DNA of 64,000 nucleotides from an uncultured Chloroflexia bacterium (GTDB lineage: Bacteria; Chloroflexota; Anaerolineae; CG2-30-64-16). Where the stretch lies: positions 640,001 through 704,000 of the forward strand of contig CAVZDU010000002.1 of assembly GCA_963774265.1 (NCBI GenBank), written 5' to 3'. Each line of letters starts with the position of its first letter. Positions within the stretch are counted from its first letter, which is position 1. This document shows positions 33,957 to 45,094 of this stretch, in pieces. Below the pieces are notes generated by a model. It searched no databases and was not told where the DNA came from. It saw only the letters and a list, made by a program, of their open reading frames with translations. Made by a program: the position numbers and the translations under genes.

Positions 33957-35243
33957 ATGAGAATCGAATTCATCACCGCCGAGGCGCCTCTGACGCGCGA
34001 GCTTCGCCGCGGGGAATTCATCCGCTTCCCGCAGCTGACCATGCCGCTGCTGGCCGCGCTCACCCCGTCTGATGTCGAGGTGCACCACACCGACGAGATC
34101 ATTTCGGAGGTGGACTTCTCCCGGCCCGGCCGATCTCGTCGCCATCACCACGCAGCACGCCGGCCGCGCCGCATGCATACGAAATCAGCCGGCGCTTCCG
34201 AGAGCGGGCCGTGCCTGTCGTGCTCGGCGGACCGCATCCTACGCTGCTGCCGGCCGAGGCACAGATGCACGCGGACGCAGTGGTCGTCGGCGAGGCGGAG
34301 GAGACGTGGCCCCTGCTGATCGAGGACTTCCGGCAAGGCCGCATGCAGCCGCTCTACCGGGCCGCAGCGGCCCCCGACACTGGCGCACCTCCCGCACCCG
34401 CGGCGCGACCTGCTTGAGGGCCGCTGGTACTCGAAGGGCGTGCTTATCGCCAGCCGCGGCTGCCCCTACTCCTGCGAGTATTGCACGCTGCCCTTGTTGT
34501 ACGACCGGACGATGCGGTTCCGGCCGGTCGAAGAGGTTGCCGAAGAGGTGGCGGCCATTCCGGGGAGACCCATCGTCTTCTGGGACGACAACCTCGCAGC
34601 CGACCCGGCGTACGCCAAGGCGCTGTTCAAGGCCATCGCGCCCTACAGGAAGTGGTGGACCGCACAGGCGACAGTAGGTGTCGCCGACGACGAGGAGTTG
34701 CTGCGTTTGGCGGCAGAGAGCGGGTGCAAGGCTTTTTTCCTGGGGCTAGAGTCCTTCTCGCAGGCGAGCCTGGACGGCACGAACAAGCCCTTCAACCAGG
34801 TGAAGAAGTACCGCGACGTGGTCACCAGGCTGCACGGCTACGGCATCGCGGTGCAGGCAGGCATCATGCTCGGCTTCGACCAGGACGGCCCGGACGTGTT
34901 CGACCGGACACTCGAGGCGGCGACGCGCGTCGGGATCGACAACGCGACGATCAGCCTGGTCGTGCCCTTCCCCGGTACCCGGCTCTTTGCCCGGCTCGAA
35001 AACGAGGGGCGCATCCTCACGCGTGACTGGGCGAAGTACAACGGTAAGACGGACGTGGTGTTTTGCCCGAAGCTGCTGACGCCGGACCAGCTCCAGGCCG
35101 GATTCGAGCGCGTGCGGCGGGAGTTCTACTCGTGGGGCAACATCTGGACGCGACTGTCAAGCTCGCGGACCGGGCTCGAGTGGAACGTGTTGCGGAATGT
35201 GGGCTTCCACCGGGCGATCAACGGACACAGCAAGGGCGGCTGA
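33957..35243 (+). CDS. Cobalamin-binding radical SAM protein; several frameshifts at 34130-34380
   Basis: LLAALTP, VVLGGPHPT, VVGEAE, SRGCPYSCEYC, FWDDN, GLES, PFPGT.LF. Confidence 0.85.
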
Positions 35244-35339
35244 ACGGCGCACGCCTCGGCGGCACGGTGCTGACCGAGATCGTCTTCTTGCAGGAGAACG
35301 TATGCCGAGGCAATTGGAGCCGGCTGGAGCAAGTCCTGC

Positions 35340-35460
35340 TTGAGCCCAGACAGCGGCTTCGGCTGCTTCGCCAACCGCTGCGTCAACGACGAAGAGACCG
35401 CGGTGCGCCAGATCCGCCAGATCGTCCGCAGCGCGCAGATCCTGCGCGATCGGTACGCCT
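35340..35460 (+). pseudogene. C-terminal remnant of a MetE-like (cobalamin-independent methionine synthase) gene
   Basis: LSPDSGFGCFA..A..QIV.SA..LR resembles the PDCGF C-terminal motif. Confidence 0.45.
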
Positions 35461-35478
35461 GGCGGGTCGGCCGGTTCT

Positions 35479-35763
35479 CTATCCGCAACTCGGCGTTGAC
35501 TGGCGAAGGAGCGCGGCGCGGAACATGGCCGCGGCGCAACCGACGCCGCTCTCTACACGGATGGCGCCTTCCGGGCAGTTCACCTGGCAGGCGCCGCATT
35601 CCATACACGCCTCGGGCCGGACCAACTGCACCGCCCGGCCGTCCCGGGCGCCCCGACCGTTGCGGGCGAACACGCCATGCGGGCAGACGGCAAGGCACAT
35701 CCCGCAGCCGTTGCACGACGCCGGGTCGAACTGCAGTGTATTGGCTATCGATACGTCGAACAT
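35479..35763 (-). CDS. hgcB: Mercury methylation ferredoxin HgcB
   Basis: CNGCGMCLAVCP and CMECGACQVNCP 2x[4Fe-4S] motifs, GVGCA; start overlaps the hgcA stop. Confidence 0.93.
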   Translation of the reverse strand: MFDVSIANTLQFDPASCNGCGMCLAVCPHGVFARNGRGARDGRAVQLVRPEACMECGACQVNCPEGAIRVESGVGCAAAMFRAALLRQSTPSCG

Positions 35764-36781
35764 CACGCGCCTCCCCAAAGCTTGATCACGGCCCCGACCA
35801 GCATCAGCACCAGGCCGCCCCCGAACATCCCTGCCATGATCGGCGCATATGCAAATATCTCGCGGCGCACGCCGGTCCGCGAGGTAAAGGTCGTGGAGCC
35901 GGTGAAGTTCAGCGCCACGAATGCGGTCACCGCCGGCCAGATCAGCACTTGCGACAGCGCCTTGGCCGTGCGCAGCCACCACGTCAGGTCGGCGTTGTGT
36001 TGGAAGACCAGCAGGGCAAAGGGCAGCGCCACCAGGAAGCCGACGATGAACCCCTTCGTACTGAAGTCGTGGGTGGGTATCCAAGGTAACACGATAGGGA
36101 ACAACACGATACCCGCAAGAATGGCAGTCGCCGCGGCTGTCAAGGACAACCAGCCGCCGAGCAGATAGGCGACGGCCATGGCAATGGCGAGCGGCAGAAG
36201 GCCGCCGACAATATCCACCGGGATGACGACCAGGCGGTCGGTCAGGTTGAAGCGCACCCGGCGCATTTCCGGCGTTGCATGATGGGTCTTCAGGTACTCC
36301 GGCAGATCGGCTGCCCGCACCGGGCCATATTCGACCCTGAAACCGGTGCGCTGCTTGACCTCGTGTGCGGCGATGCCGGGCGCACCCAGTTGCGGCAGGA
36401 TCAGCGTGCGGTGGTTGACGATGTCCCGCAGTCCGGACGCCTCCACCTGGCGCACCAGCTCGTCTGTGCCGAAAGTGCCTTTGCCCGCGGCGCACCACAC
36501 ATTGACGCCCTGGGTGTCGAGGACCAGGATGTAGGCATCTCTTTCGATCAGAGCCGAGCGCAGCGCGTCGAAGCTCAACGTATAGTTGGCCGTGACGAAG
36601 ACCGGGGCCGTCAGATCAGGCTGCCCAAGGACGTACAAGCCCGGCTCGATCCGGTGCCCGCCCCGGTTGACCCCCAGCGCGCCAGCCAATGATCCCGGTG
36701 GTCCGCCGCTGTGAGCCGGCTGCTGGTCGAGCGGACAGCCGGCTGTTGCGAGAGGCTAGTGCCCTCCAAGTTCAGCGTCAT
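35763..36781 (-). CDS. hgcA: Mercury methylation corrinoid protein HgcA; 1-nt frameshift at the C5 run 36671-36675
   Basis: Cap helix NVWCAAGKGTFG; PGLY, VTANY.LSFD.LR, ILPQLGAPG, YGPVRA.DLP; C-terminal TMs and NFTGSTTFTS. Confidence 0.95.
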
Positions 36782-36842
36782 CCTTTTCCTCCTTCAAAGC
36801 GAGAGGGAGCGCATGGGTGTGCCCCCTCGGCCATGCCCGCGG

Positions 36843-37298
36843 CTACGCCGCGCAGCAATTGTTCGCCAACTTCTCGACGGTTGCCGTCAGCCGATCCAGC
36901 ATTCCCACGATGGCGGTTTGTTCGCTCTCAGAGTAGCCGGTAAAGGCCTCCGACAGAAGCTGCCGCTTACTTTGCTGCACACGTTCGGCGGTGGCCTGAC
37001 CCTGGGCGCTGAGCGCCACCCGGACGATCCGGCGATCCTCGGGGGCCGGCCGGCGTTCCACCAGCCCTTTTTCGACGAGCGCATCCGCCATGCGGGTCAT
37101 CGTCGTGCCATGCAGTCGCATCGCCGCGGCAAAGTCATTCATCGTTAGTGCACCAGCCTCCTGCAAGGTCAACAAGGCGTAGGCCTGCGACACGGTGAGG
37201 TCACAGCACGTCACGAGGGCACGGTCGCAACACTCGAGGTTGCGCTGCAACCGGCGCGTCAGACGATCCAACTGGTCGAGCATGATTTCTTCGGGCAT
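36843..37298 (-). CDS. MarR-family regulator with three vicinal Cys pairs
   Basis: wHTH T.TR..D.LVEKGLVER..DRR; ECCD, TCCD and NCCAA. Confidence 0.88.
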   Translation of the reverse strand: MPEEIMLDQLDRLTRRLQRNLECCDRALVTCCDLTVSQAYALLTLQEAGALTMNDFAAAMRLHGTTMTRMADALVEKGLVERRPAPEDRRIVRVALSAQGQATAERVQQSKRQLLSEAFTGYSESEQTAIVGMLDRLTATVEKLANNCCAA

Positions 37299-37385
37299 GG
37301 ACGGGCACCTGCCTTATATATATGTATATTACAGATAGTGTAACTCACATACAAGGAGTTGTCAAGAACACGCAGTTCTCTCTCG

Positions 37386-37556
37386 CAGGGCGACTTCATG
37401 TTGCAGCAACGAGCACGCACCGGCAGTCAAACCTGCGCCTACGGCGGCAAAACCGAGTTGCGTCAACTGTGTCTGTCTGCTGGAGGTCAAGTTTTGCTCG
37501 TATCCTGCAACTCCCGCTGCCAGATCGTGGGCAGGCCCTCACAATGAAATCGCCTG
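37386..37556. mobile_element. 171-bp ISAs1-type MITE
   Basis: Ends CAGGGCGACTTCATGTTG and (reverse strand) CAGG-CGATTTCATTGTG resemble the TIRs of the ISAs1 at 50666-51967. Confidence 0.7.
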
Positions 37557-40393
37557 GACCAGGGGCAGGTATATGCGCTGGGGGTGCTCAGGACGGCAGG
37601 TCGACCAGTAGGGGTTGCAGCCTCGCTCCCCCGCGATGAACCATCCCGTTGCGCCCACATGCAGGCGATTGAAGTACTCCCACTCAAAGCCCGTCGTCAG
37701 GCCGTCGGCCGGCGCGGCCACGATGCCCTTGCCGTTTCCGTTCGTTGCCGTGGCCTGGATCGCGCGCAATTGGGCGAGAAAGTACTGAGCATTCGTGCCA
37801 TCACCAAGCATGCTGTAGCCAACAACCATCTGCCCCGTGCCTTCGGGCCATGGCATATCCCGATCGTCATTGAAATCGAAGCCGTCATAGCCGTTCCAGG
37901 ATGTCCGGTGATGGGATTCGGCGTACGCTATGGCCTCGCGCGTGCGGTCATTGGGTCCGAAGGCGAGGAGCGCCCAGGCTTGTGAATCCAGTGGAATGGT
38001 CTGCTCGTTGATCGTCACACCATCGTCAAGGGTGCCGGCCCAGTAATGCCCAGGCGCGCCAGGCTGCCACATCGCCTCGACGAAATCACGCGCATGCTGC
38101 GCCCGCAACTGCCACGCCGCCTGGTCGGTGAGCACATGGAGCCGCGAGAAGGCAGCGTAGAGATCCAGGTTGTGTTCCGTGGCTTTCCACATTTCCTTCC
38201 GAGGGTTCGGCTCCCAGCCGGCGTAACCACCCGTGTAGCCTCCCGCGCCGCGACTGTCGTATGTGTTGGCCTCGATCCAATCCCCGAGGCGGATGGCAGC
38301 GCCCAGGTACTTGTCGCCGCCAAACTCTTCATAGTAGTTCAGCAGCGCGATCATCGCCCAGGCCAGGTTGCCAGTGTGGGACCCCACGCATTCAGCGTTC
38401 TCTTCCCAGCGTTGCAGCTCGTTCCACCAACCGCTCATGCGCGCCGAGCCGAACCGGCCGTGTGGTTGCCAACCAGGGGGCGATATCAGATCGCCTCCCT
38501 GGTAGCCATCGCGCAGCCGGCCGTCCGCATACCAGCGATCGTGATCCTGCGCATAGACGAGCGCATCGGCCAGAAGGGTAGCCCGCCTTTCGTCGCCGGC
38601 AGCAATGAACGCGTTCAAAGCCAGGGCGTTGTCGTAAACGTACGCGACATTGCGCTGCTGCCGATCGAAACCCGCGGTCGATGGGATGGTCCGGTAGCTC
38701 ACCAGCAGCCGCAGTTCATCAGGCCGCGGTTCGTCATATCTGATGTCGTCGAGAAAGAAGGCGATGCTGCGATTGCCGTTTTGCGGGGCATTGGTCACCC
38801 AGCCGAAGCCACCGATGACGTACTGCAGGTTCAGTCCGCCGAGGTCGATCGTGTACTGCTGCCAATCGTTCGAAAGGGTGATAAAGCACGGCGAGATCAG
38901 CCGGCCGCATGGGGTGACCTTAGTATCTATCCGAAAACTGCCATGTCGCATAGGATGCTGGCGCAAGCCAGCTGGACGAAGGCCAGCCAGTTGCTGGACT
39001 TCTTGCACCAGCGGGTGCGCAGGCTGCGCCGCTTGACCAGCCAGCTCAGCGTGCGTTCGACTACCCAACGCCGGGCTGGGTAAGCCAGTTCACCCGGCAT
39101 TGGACACGGATCAGGCGGCTCGTTCTTCCGCCGCCGATGCTTGATGTGTGGTACGTAGCCTTGGCTCAGCACGACATCGAACACGTCATCGTAGTCGTAG
39201 CCCTTGTCAGCGCAGAAGTGCTGCTCGCTGGTCGGCCGCTTGACCACGATGTGGAACACCAAGTGCGCCACAGACCACTTGTCGTGTTGATTGGCGCCAC
39301 TGACGTGAAGCGCCAGTGGCGCACCCCGCTGATCGACCAGAATGTGGATCTTGGAGCCCAACTTGGCCCGATCCGTCGGGTTTTTGCCCGTATCGGAGCC
39401 ACCCAAGGGCGCAGCGCACGAGCGACTGTCGACCGCTTGCCACTGCCACTGGATGTGGCGCTCACGACCGTAGAACTTGACCAGCGTCTGGAAGACCTGG
39501 TCCCAGATGCCCTGCTCTTGCCAGGTCTGGAACCGCTCATGCAAGACGCTGCTCGACACGCCGAACCAATCGCGGTGGACCGCCTTCCACTGGCAGCCGG
39601 TCCACAACACGTACCAGATGCCGTTCAACACGGCCCGATTGCACACCCGTGGCCGGCCTGGCCGGCGCTGTTTTGGCTCGTGCGGCAAATGCCGTTTCAC
39701 TTTACGCCACAGGTTGCGTGGCACTTGGTGATAATTCGGCGTTTGCGGCTTTGTGGTAGTATGTCTGGGCAAGGTGCACCTCCGCTGTTTGTGAGTCTTT
39801 GACAACCCACTTATAGCGGAGTGCGCCTTTTGGCTCAACTCCTACAAGTTTTCGGATAGGTTCTTAGGCGACGAGTCGGGGTAGGGCGCCACGGCGGCGT
39901 CTCCACTGCGGCCAACCCCAGACGCAAAGAACTCGACCCGCTCTCCGCCGGTCGCGCCGCGCACCCAGAAGGTGATCTGCGTGGCGCCTGACAGGTCATA
40001 ACCGGCGTCCGGGTAGTCGCCCCAGTTATCCCTCGGCGCGACATCGTTCCCCACTAGAACGCCGTTCTGGAAGACCCACCCTCCCCAATTGTCTCCCCTG
40101 GCGGTGAAGGTATTGCGAATCGCGGTCGCACCGGAATGCACAGTGCCGGTATGGGCATCATCAATGGTAACGTCGGAGCCTGTCATTGCGCGGCGTACGA
40201 AATGGTTGCCTGCCGATCCGACGTCTTCGTAGACCTCAAAGTAGTCCTGATGGTAGCGATCCATGACTTCGACGAGGTGTTGCTGTGCCAGATCGACCGG
40301 ATTGGCGGAAGGGGCACTGCCGGCGACCACGAGAAAGCCGCAAAGTACGAGCATCGCAGCAACCAGGATGACTCCGAGGAGTTGTTTGTACAT
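37539..40393 (-). pseudogene. Secreted carbohydrate-binding + six-hairpin glycosidase-like protein split by IS5
   Basis: Removing the IS and one TTA restores PYPDSSPK-VTPCGR in frame; signal peptide; YDNAL, KATEHNLD; IYLPLV tail. Confidence 0.75.
38923..39863 (-). mobile_element. IS5-family IS (transposase about 38927-39772)
   Basis: TGCQW, AVDS, ADKGYD, RWVVERT; TIR G(T/A)A(T/C)CTATCCGAAAACT; TTA target duplication. Confidence 0.95.
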
Positions 40394-40637
40394 AGTACAC
40401 GCAGCGCCTTAACAACGTGATCTCCGGGGGATCGCGGGTGACCGGGTTCCGAATTGCCACGAAGGCATTATCGCGCAGGGAAGCGCAATTGTGAAGCGGC
40501 GCGCGAAATCGGGTTCCTGTATAGCCAGTTGCCTACTACCCATTGGGGGGATCGGTGCCAGACGGTTTTCCTGCGGAGCAGGCAGCGCGGTGCACACGCG
40601 CCGCGTCGCCATGCTGCCCAATGACCCGGGGATCAGG

Positions 40638-43068
40638 TCACGGCCGATTGTGTTTGGTAGCGGTCGCGACCCAGTGGCGGGTGGAGACACCCCGCACCAC
40701 CAGAGGCAAGTAAACGAGGCGCCTCTCTTTCACGCTGATATAAGCGGCTTTCGTCTCGCTGTCGCTGCCGCCCAGGCCACTAACCGTAAGGGTAGGGGTA
40801 TAGATCCCCGGAACCGTGTAGGTGTGAGTGGGGTTGCAGTTGTTGCTTCCAGGGCTGCCGTCGCCAAAGCTCCAGGCGCAGGTGTCATGGGTGCCGGTGG
40901 AGAGATTGGTAAACACGACCGACAGTGGAGTCGATCCGGCCAGCGGCCACGCACTGAACTCTGCCACCGGTTGAAGCCGCCAATTCACCCTATTGCTAAC
41001 CGCCCCATCCAGGTTGTTGACCACCCTCAGGTCCCCTATGCTGCCGCTGAACTGGTTGGCGGACATGCCGCCGCGGACCTCGTTATCATGCACTCCGCTT
41101 CCCGCACCGCCAACAATCTCTGCCCCGTACTGCGCGCCAGCGGTTGAGTTGAGCGTGAGCGAGATGTTTTCGACCGTGTTGGAATAGACCTGCCGCGTTC
41201 CCGTTCGCAGCCAGGCCACCTACCACATACAGGCTCTTGGCCTCCGGGCTGGTAGAGATCGCTGTCACCCTGTTATTGCGCACGATGAGATTCGCCACGC
41301 GGTTGCGGACCGCCACCGTGTCCTGTTCTACTCGGGCGCCATAGACCCACATGCCGATTTCCCGAAAGCCTTCCACGGCGTTGTCGGTAATGGTTAAGTC
41401 GCTCACCCAGTTATCGCTGAGGCCGGCTACGCCTTGTTCAGCGCTCCTTTCAAAACCGTTGCCTACCACTATGCCGAGGCCGGTGTTGCTTATGGTGTTG
41501 CCGTGCAGCAACACGCCGGACACCCCATTGTGGTGGTTTCCGAGATCGCTCGTCCCGGCAGCCCCAATAATTCGGATGCCGCGGTCCAGGTTGGCGATGG
41601 TGTTGTGGGTCATGGTGATCGATTCGACGGTGTTGGAGAAAACGTGACCGTTGGCACCGTCGGGGTTGATTTCACCGCCGACCAAGTGGATGCCGGTATT
41701 GTCGGAACTGCCAGCTGCGCCCTCGACCCGGTTACCGGATATCAGGATATCGCGGAGCACATTCCCCTCCACTTGCGCCATACCATTGGTCATGCCACCG
41801 TTCAACCAGATGCCGGTACGCCAATTGGACACGCCCAGGATGGTATTGCTCAGCACCTCTACGTGTTCCATCAGATTGTTGACGTTGCCTACACCACCAT
41901 AAGTAATCTCATCGCCGCCGGCTCCCAGGCTAATACCCCGCGCAGTGTGAACAAGCAGGTTGTTGCGGATGGATATGGATGAAATGGAATTGTCGTGGGT
42001 AGCCTGCCCGTCGGTGTCATGGATCTCGGCTGCCGTAACCAGGGTGATGCCGCCGCCGTTGACCGAGTTGCCCACAATCTCGACGTTTCGCACGTGGCAA
42101 TTACCGTTGCCCATGTTGGCGGCATGAAGCTTGATTTGTCCCACAGTGTTACCCGAGATCACCACATTGGAGACCAGGCCGCCATCCGAATAACCCGGGG
42201 GAGAGCCTGGCAGGTTGGTGTCACAGGGGTTGAATACGATACTGTCGCCCACCTGGTTGTTGACGACGGTCATGGACAGGATGCGGTTATTGTCGAGGCC
42301 ATCGGCGCCGGCGTAGAACAAGAAACCGCCGTCGATCCCGAGCTGGTTATTGGCGAAGGTGAAATTCTGCCAGGTAATATTGGACGCACCCTGGTTCCAC
42401 CCCAACGGACCGACCATGATCGCCGTCCTCGCGCTGAGGATGTTGTTCGAGATCACGTTGCCTGAGATCACATTGCCCGAGATGATGGCGCTGGCTCCCG
42501 AGTAGCCGTTCGGTACCGGAAAATCAATGCATGGATCGCATTCCGTCATCTTGAGGCCGGTCACCAGGTTGTCATCCGACCAGATCGAGAGCCCCTTGCC
42601 GATTGCCGAGCCGTGCAGGGTGATGTCCGGAACGCCGTCGTGGTTCCAGTCGCCATTGAGGGTCAGGCCGCTGCCCAGGAGAAAAGGAAAGAAGCTGCCA
42701 ACGCCCAAGGAGATGACGGCGCCGGACAGGCCGGGAGAAAAGGTGATGGTTTCTGGCCCGGCATCGTTGTTCGAAGCCAGCACTGCCTCTCGCAATGAGA
42801 CCCCGTCGGCGCCGGGGTTGGCCAACAGGTTGGCCACGCTGGAGGTGTTGCCATTCTCCACGTCGCTGGCATTGGTCACCATGATGACCGGGTTGTCAGC
42901 AGGAGCTTCTGGTTTGGTATCCGAGGCGGCGAAACTGGCCGCGCGCACCGGGCTGGCTTGAGCCGCCAGAGCCAGGAGGCCGAATAGGGCAAACAGGGCG
43001 AACAGCGCACCGGCACAGGCCAAAGAGACCAGGGATAGCCGGGTGAATCGGGATTGGACCATGAGCAT
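40638..43068 (-). CDS. Secreted parallel beta-helix + PKD domain protein; frameshift near 41190
   Basis: SLREA, repeated ISGN/I.NN turns, WSFGDG..PTHTY..PG.Y, VYLPLV tail. Confidence 0.8.
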
Positions 43069-43181
43069 AGACTCCTTATCGCGGACCTCGCGGGACCAAA
43101 CGACTCTGACGGCCGCGTGGCTCAGCGCGAATCCGCTCGATCGCCAGGTACGGATGGAATCTGACAAATGGAGGGTTGCGA

Positions 43182-43456
43182 TAAGCCAACACTGCGAAAG
43201 GCCGGAAGCCCCTTGAGCAGATGCACGACAGGCTGCACGTAGGGTGTTTTGGAGACAGATGGCAGACTGGTTGGGCTATGGAAGCCTATGGCAACGTAGG
43301 TATTATCGCACAGAGATCGGCAATCGTGAAGCGGCGCGCTAAATCCGGTCGTTCTCCGGCGGCGGATCGTAGATGACGATCTCCGGGCCGGCGTGGCCGT
43401 CCTCGTCGGCGAGCCGCGCGGTCCAGTCGTAGCCATCGCGGATCACCTCGACCACG
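43182..43456. repeat. Diverged direct repeat of about 280-300 bp (second copy 45662-45962, partial copy 40464-40510)
   Basis: Shared TAAGCCAACACTGCG..ATTATCGC..GCGCTAAATCCGGTCGTTCTCC..CACCTCGACCACG. Confidence 0.85.
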
Positions 43457-43705
43457 CTTCAGCCGGGTGGCAGCTTTGGAGAACCAATACCAGAGCGCAC
43501 ACAGCGAGTTGCGGTTGGTCATTATTGTATCATCGCGTGAACCAGGCACCAACCGGCACGACTGGCGGGGAGTTGTGCGACGCCCACAAGGGGATCATGA
43601 CGTGAACCTCAAAAGCTGGACACAGCGTACGGCAGGACATGGCTGTGCTATACTCACTGCAGAATCTGCGGTCGTCACTCGCAATAACGAGTCAGGAGTT
43701 GAAGT

Positions 43706-44236
43706 ATGGGGATCACAAAAATCAAGATCAATCGTGCCCCTGTGTTGACGCTGTGGGCCGTGGTCGTGGCAGAGCGGTTGGGCTACGAGAAGGACACTGC
43801 CTTGACTCTGGGCAAGGCCGTTGCGGCACTCAACGCGCAAGCCAAAGGCCGGCGATTAGGAATCTACGAAGCGAAGACCGAAGCCGAGAAGGCGGAAGAC
43901 CGAGGGAAAGAAATGCCTGTCGGGGTGGAGTACATCGATATCCTGGGGCGAGGCATTCCAGCCATCAGGACACCGCAGGGGCTGCGCGCCGCGATCGACG
44001 GGGAAGTGATCCGTGCCGAGAGCGTCGAGACATATCTCCAGCAGAAATTCGGAGCTGATCTCGACGAAACGCGTACCGCAATGCAGACGCTGGCAAAGGC
44101 ACATGCGCCAACAGAACTGGCAAGCAGAGCGTACGAGCTCTACGAGAAGTTCCGCCCAAAGATTCCAGAAGGAACGAGAGGTTGGGGTGCAAAGGGCGAA
44201 CTGGATTTGGACTTCATCCGCTCACTGGCAAAATAG
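43706..44236 (+). CDS. Conserved hypothetical protein
   Basis: INRAPVLTLWA, LYEKFRP..GWGAKG.LD; AGGAG RBS. Confidence 0.75.
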   Translation: MGITKIKINRAPVLTLWAVVVAERLGYEKDTALTLGKAVAALNAQAKGRRLGIYEAKTEAEKAEDRGKEMPVGVEYIDILGRGIPAIRTPQGLRAAIDGEVIRAESVETYLQQKFGADLDETRTAMQTLAKAHAPTELASRAYELYEKFRPKIPEGTRGWGAKGELDLDFIRSLAK

Positions 44237-44276
44237 GCTCAGATAGGCAACAATCCATTTTCGAAAGGAAGAGTGC

Positions 44277-44786
44277 ATGAATTTCCTCGATCTGATCTCC
44301 GCGCGCTACAGTGTGCGCGCCTATAAGCCTGATCCCGTCCCCGATGCGCTGCTGGCACAGGTACTGGAAGCCGCCCGCCTTGCGCCTACCGCCGCCAACC
44401 GCCAGCCCTTCGTGCTGATCGTGCTGCGCACGGCGGACCGGCAGGCCGAGCTCAAGCGCGTTTACGGCCGGGATTGGTTTGTGCGCGCACCCCTGGTGAT
44501 CGCGGCCTGCGGCGCGCCGGACCAGGCCTGGGTGCGCCGCGACGGCAAGAACTATGTGGATGTCGACGTGGCAATCACCCTGGATCACCTGATCCTGGCC
44601 GCTGCCGACCTGGGTCTGGGCACCTGCTGGGTTGCGGCCTTCGACCCCGCGGCAGCTCGCGAGGTCTTGGGCTTGCCGGACTCGGTGGAACCCATTGCTT
44701 TCACACCCCTGGGCTACCCGGCCGATGTTCTCCGGCCCAAGGAACGAAAGCCATTGGCCGACCTGGTGAGGTATGAACACTGGTAA
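44277..44786 (+). CDS. Nitroreductase family protein
   Basis: RYSVRAY, APTAANRQP, GLGTCW, LGYP. Confidence 0.93.
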   Translation: MNFLDLISARYSVRAYKPDPVPDALLAQVLEAARLAPTAANRQPFVLIVLRTADRQAELKRVYGRDWFVRAPLVIAACGAPDQAWVRRDGKNYVDVDVAITLDHLILAAADLGLGTCWVAAFDPAAAREVLGLPDSVEPIAFTPLGYPADVLRPKERKPLADLVRYEHW

Positions 44787-45094
44787 GGGTTGCCCATGAG
44801 CCAGGGCTCGCCTTGGGGGGTGCGGCGAATGCCCGCGCTGCCGGCTGCAGATCGAAGAGGCGGCGCGGGAGGTAGCGGTTACGGGCGAAGAGCGTGACGT
44901 GATCGACCAGGTGGCGGAGTGGCTGGATCATGCGGAGGAGGTGCTGCTCACCACCACCCCCGCTGCGTCCCGCAGCTCGAGGTGGCTTCACATGTGCGAC
45001 GAGTCTATGTTTCGGTACATGTCATGCACTTCAAGAATTTCGGGTGGCGCTCAGTAAACTGTGTTTAACGTGTGTCAAGCGTTTATGGCTGCCT

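Noticed and set aside
25665-37493. Tn3/IS1071-type transposon with 110-bp TIRs
   Set aside because: No GGGG termini, no TnpA and no 5-bp TSD; the repeats carry ISAs1-type ends on their inner side
43200-43240. IntI-like N-terminus (KPLEQMHD here, RKLLDRMHDKLR in the second copy) on the plus strand of the repeat
   Set aside because: Similarity stops after about 12 residues and no integrase motifs follow
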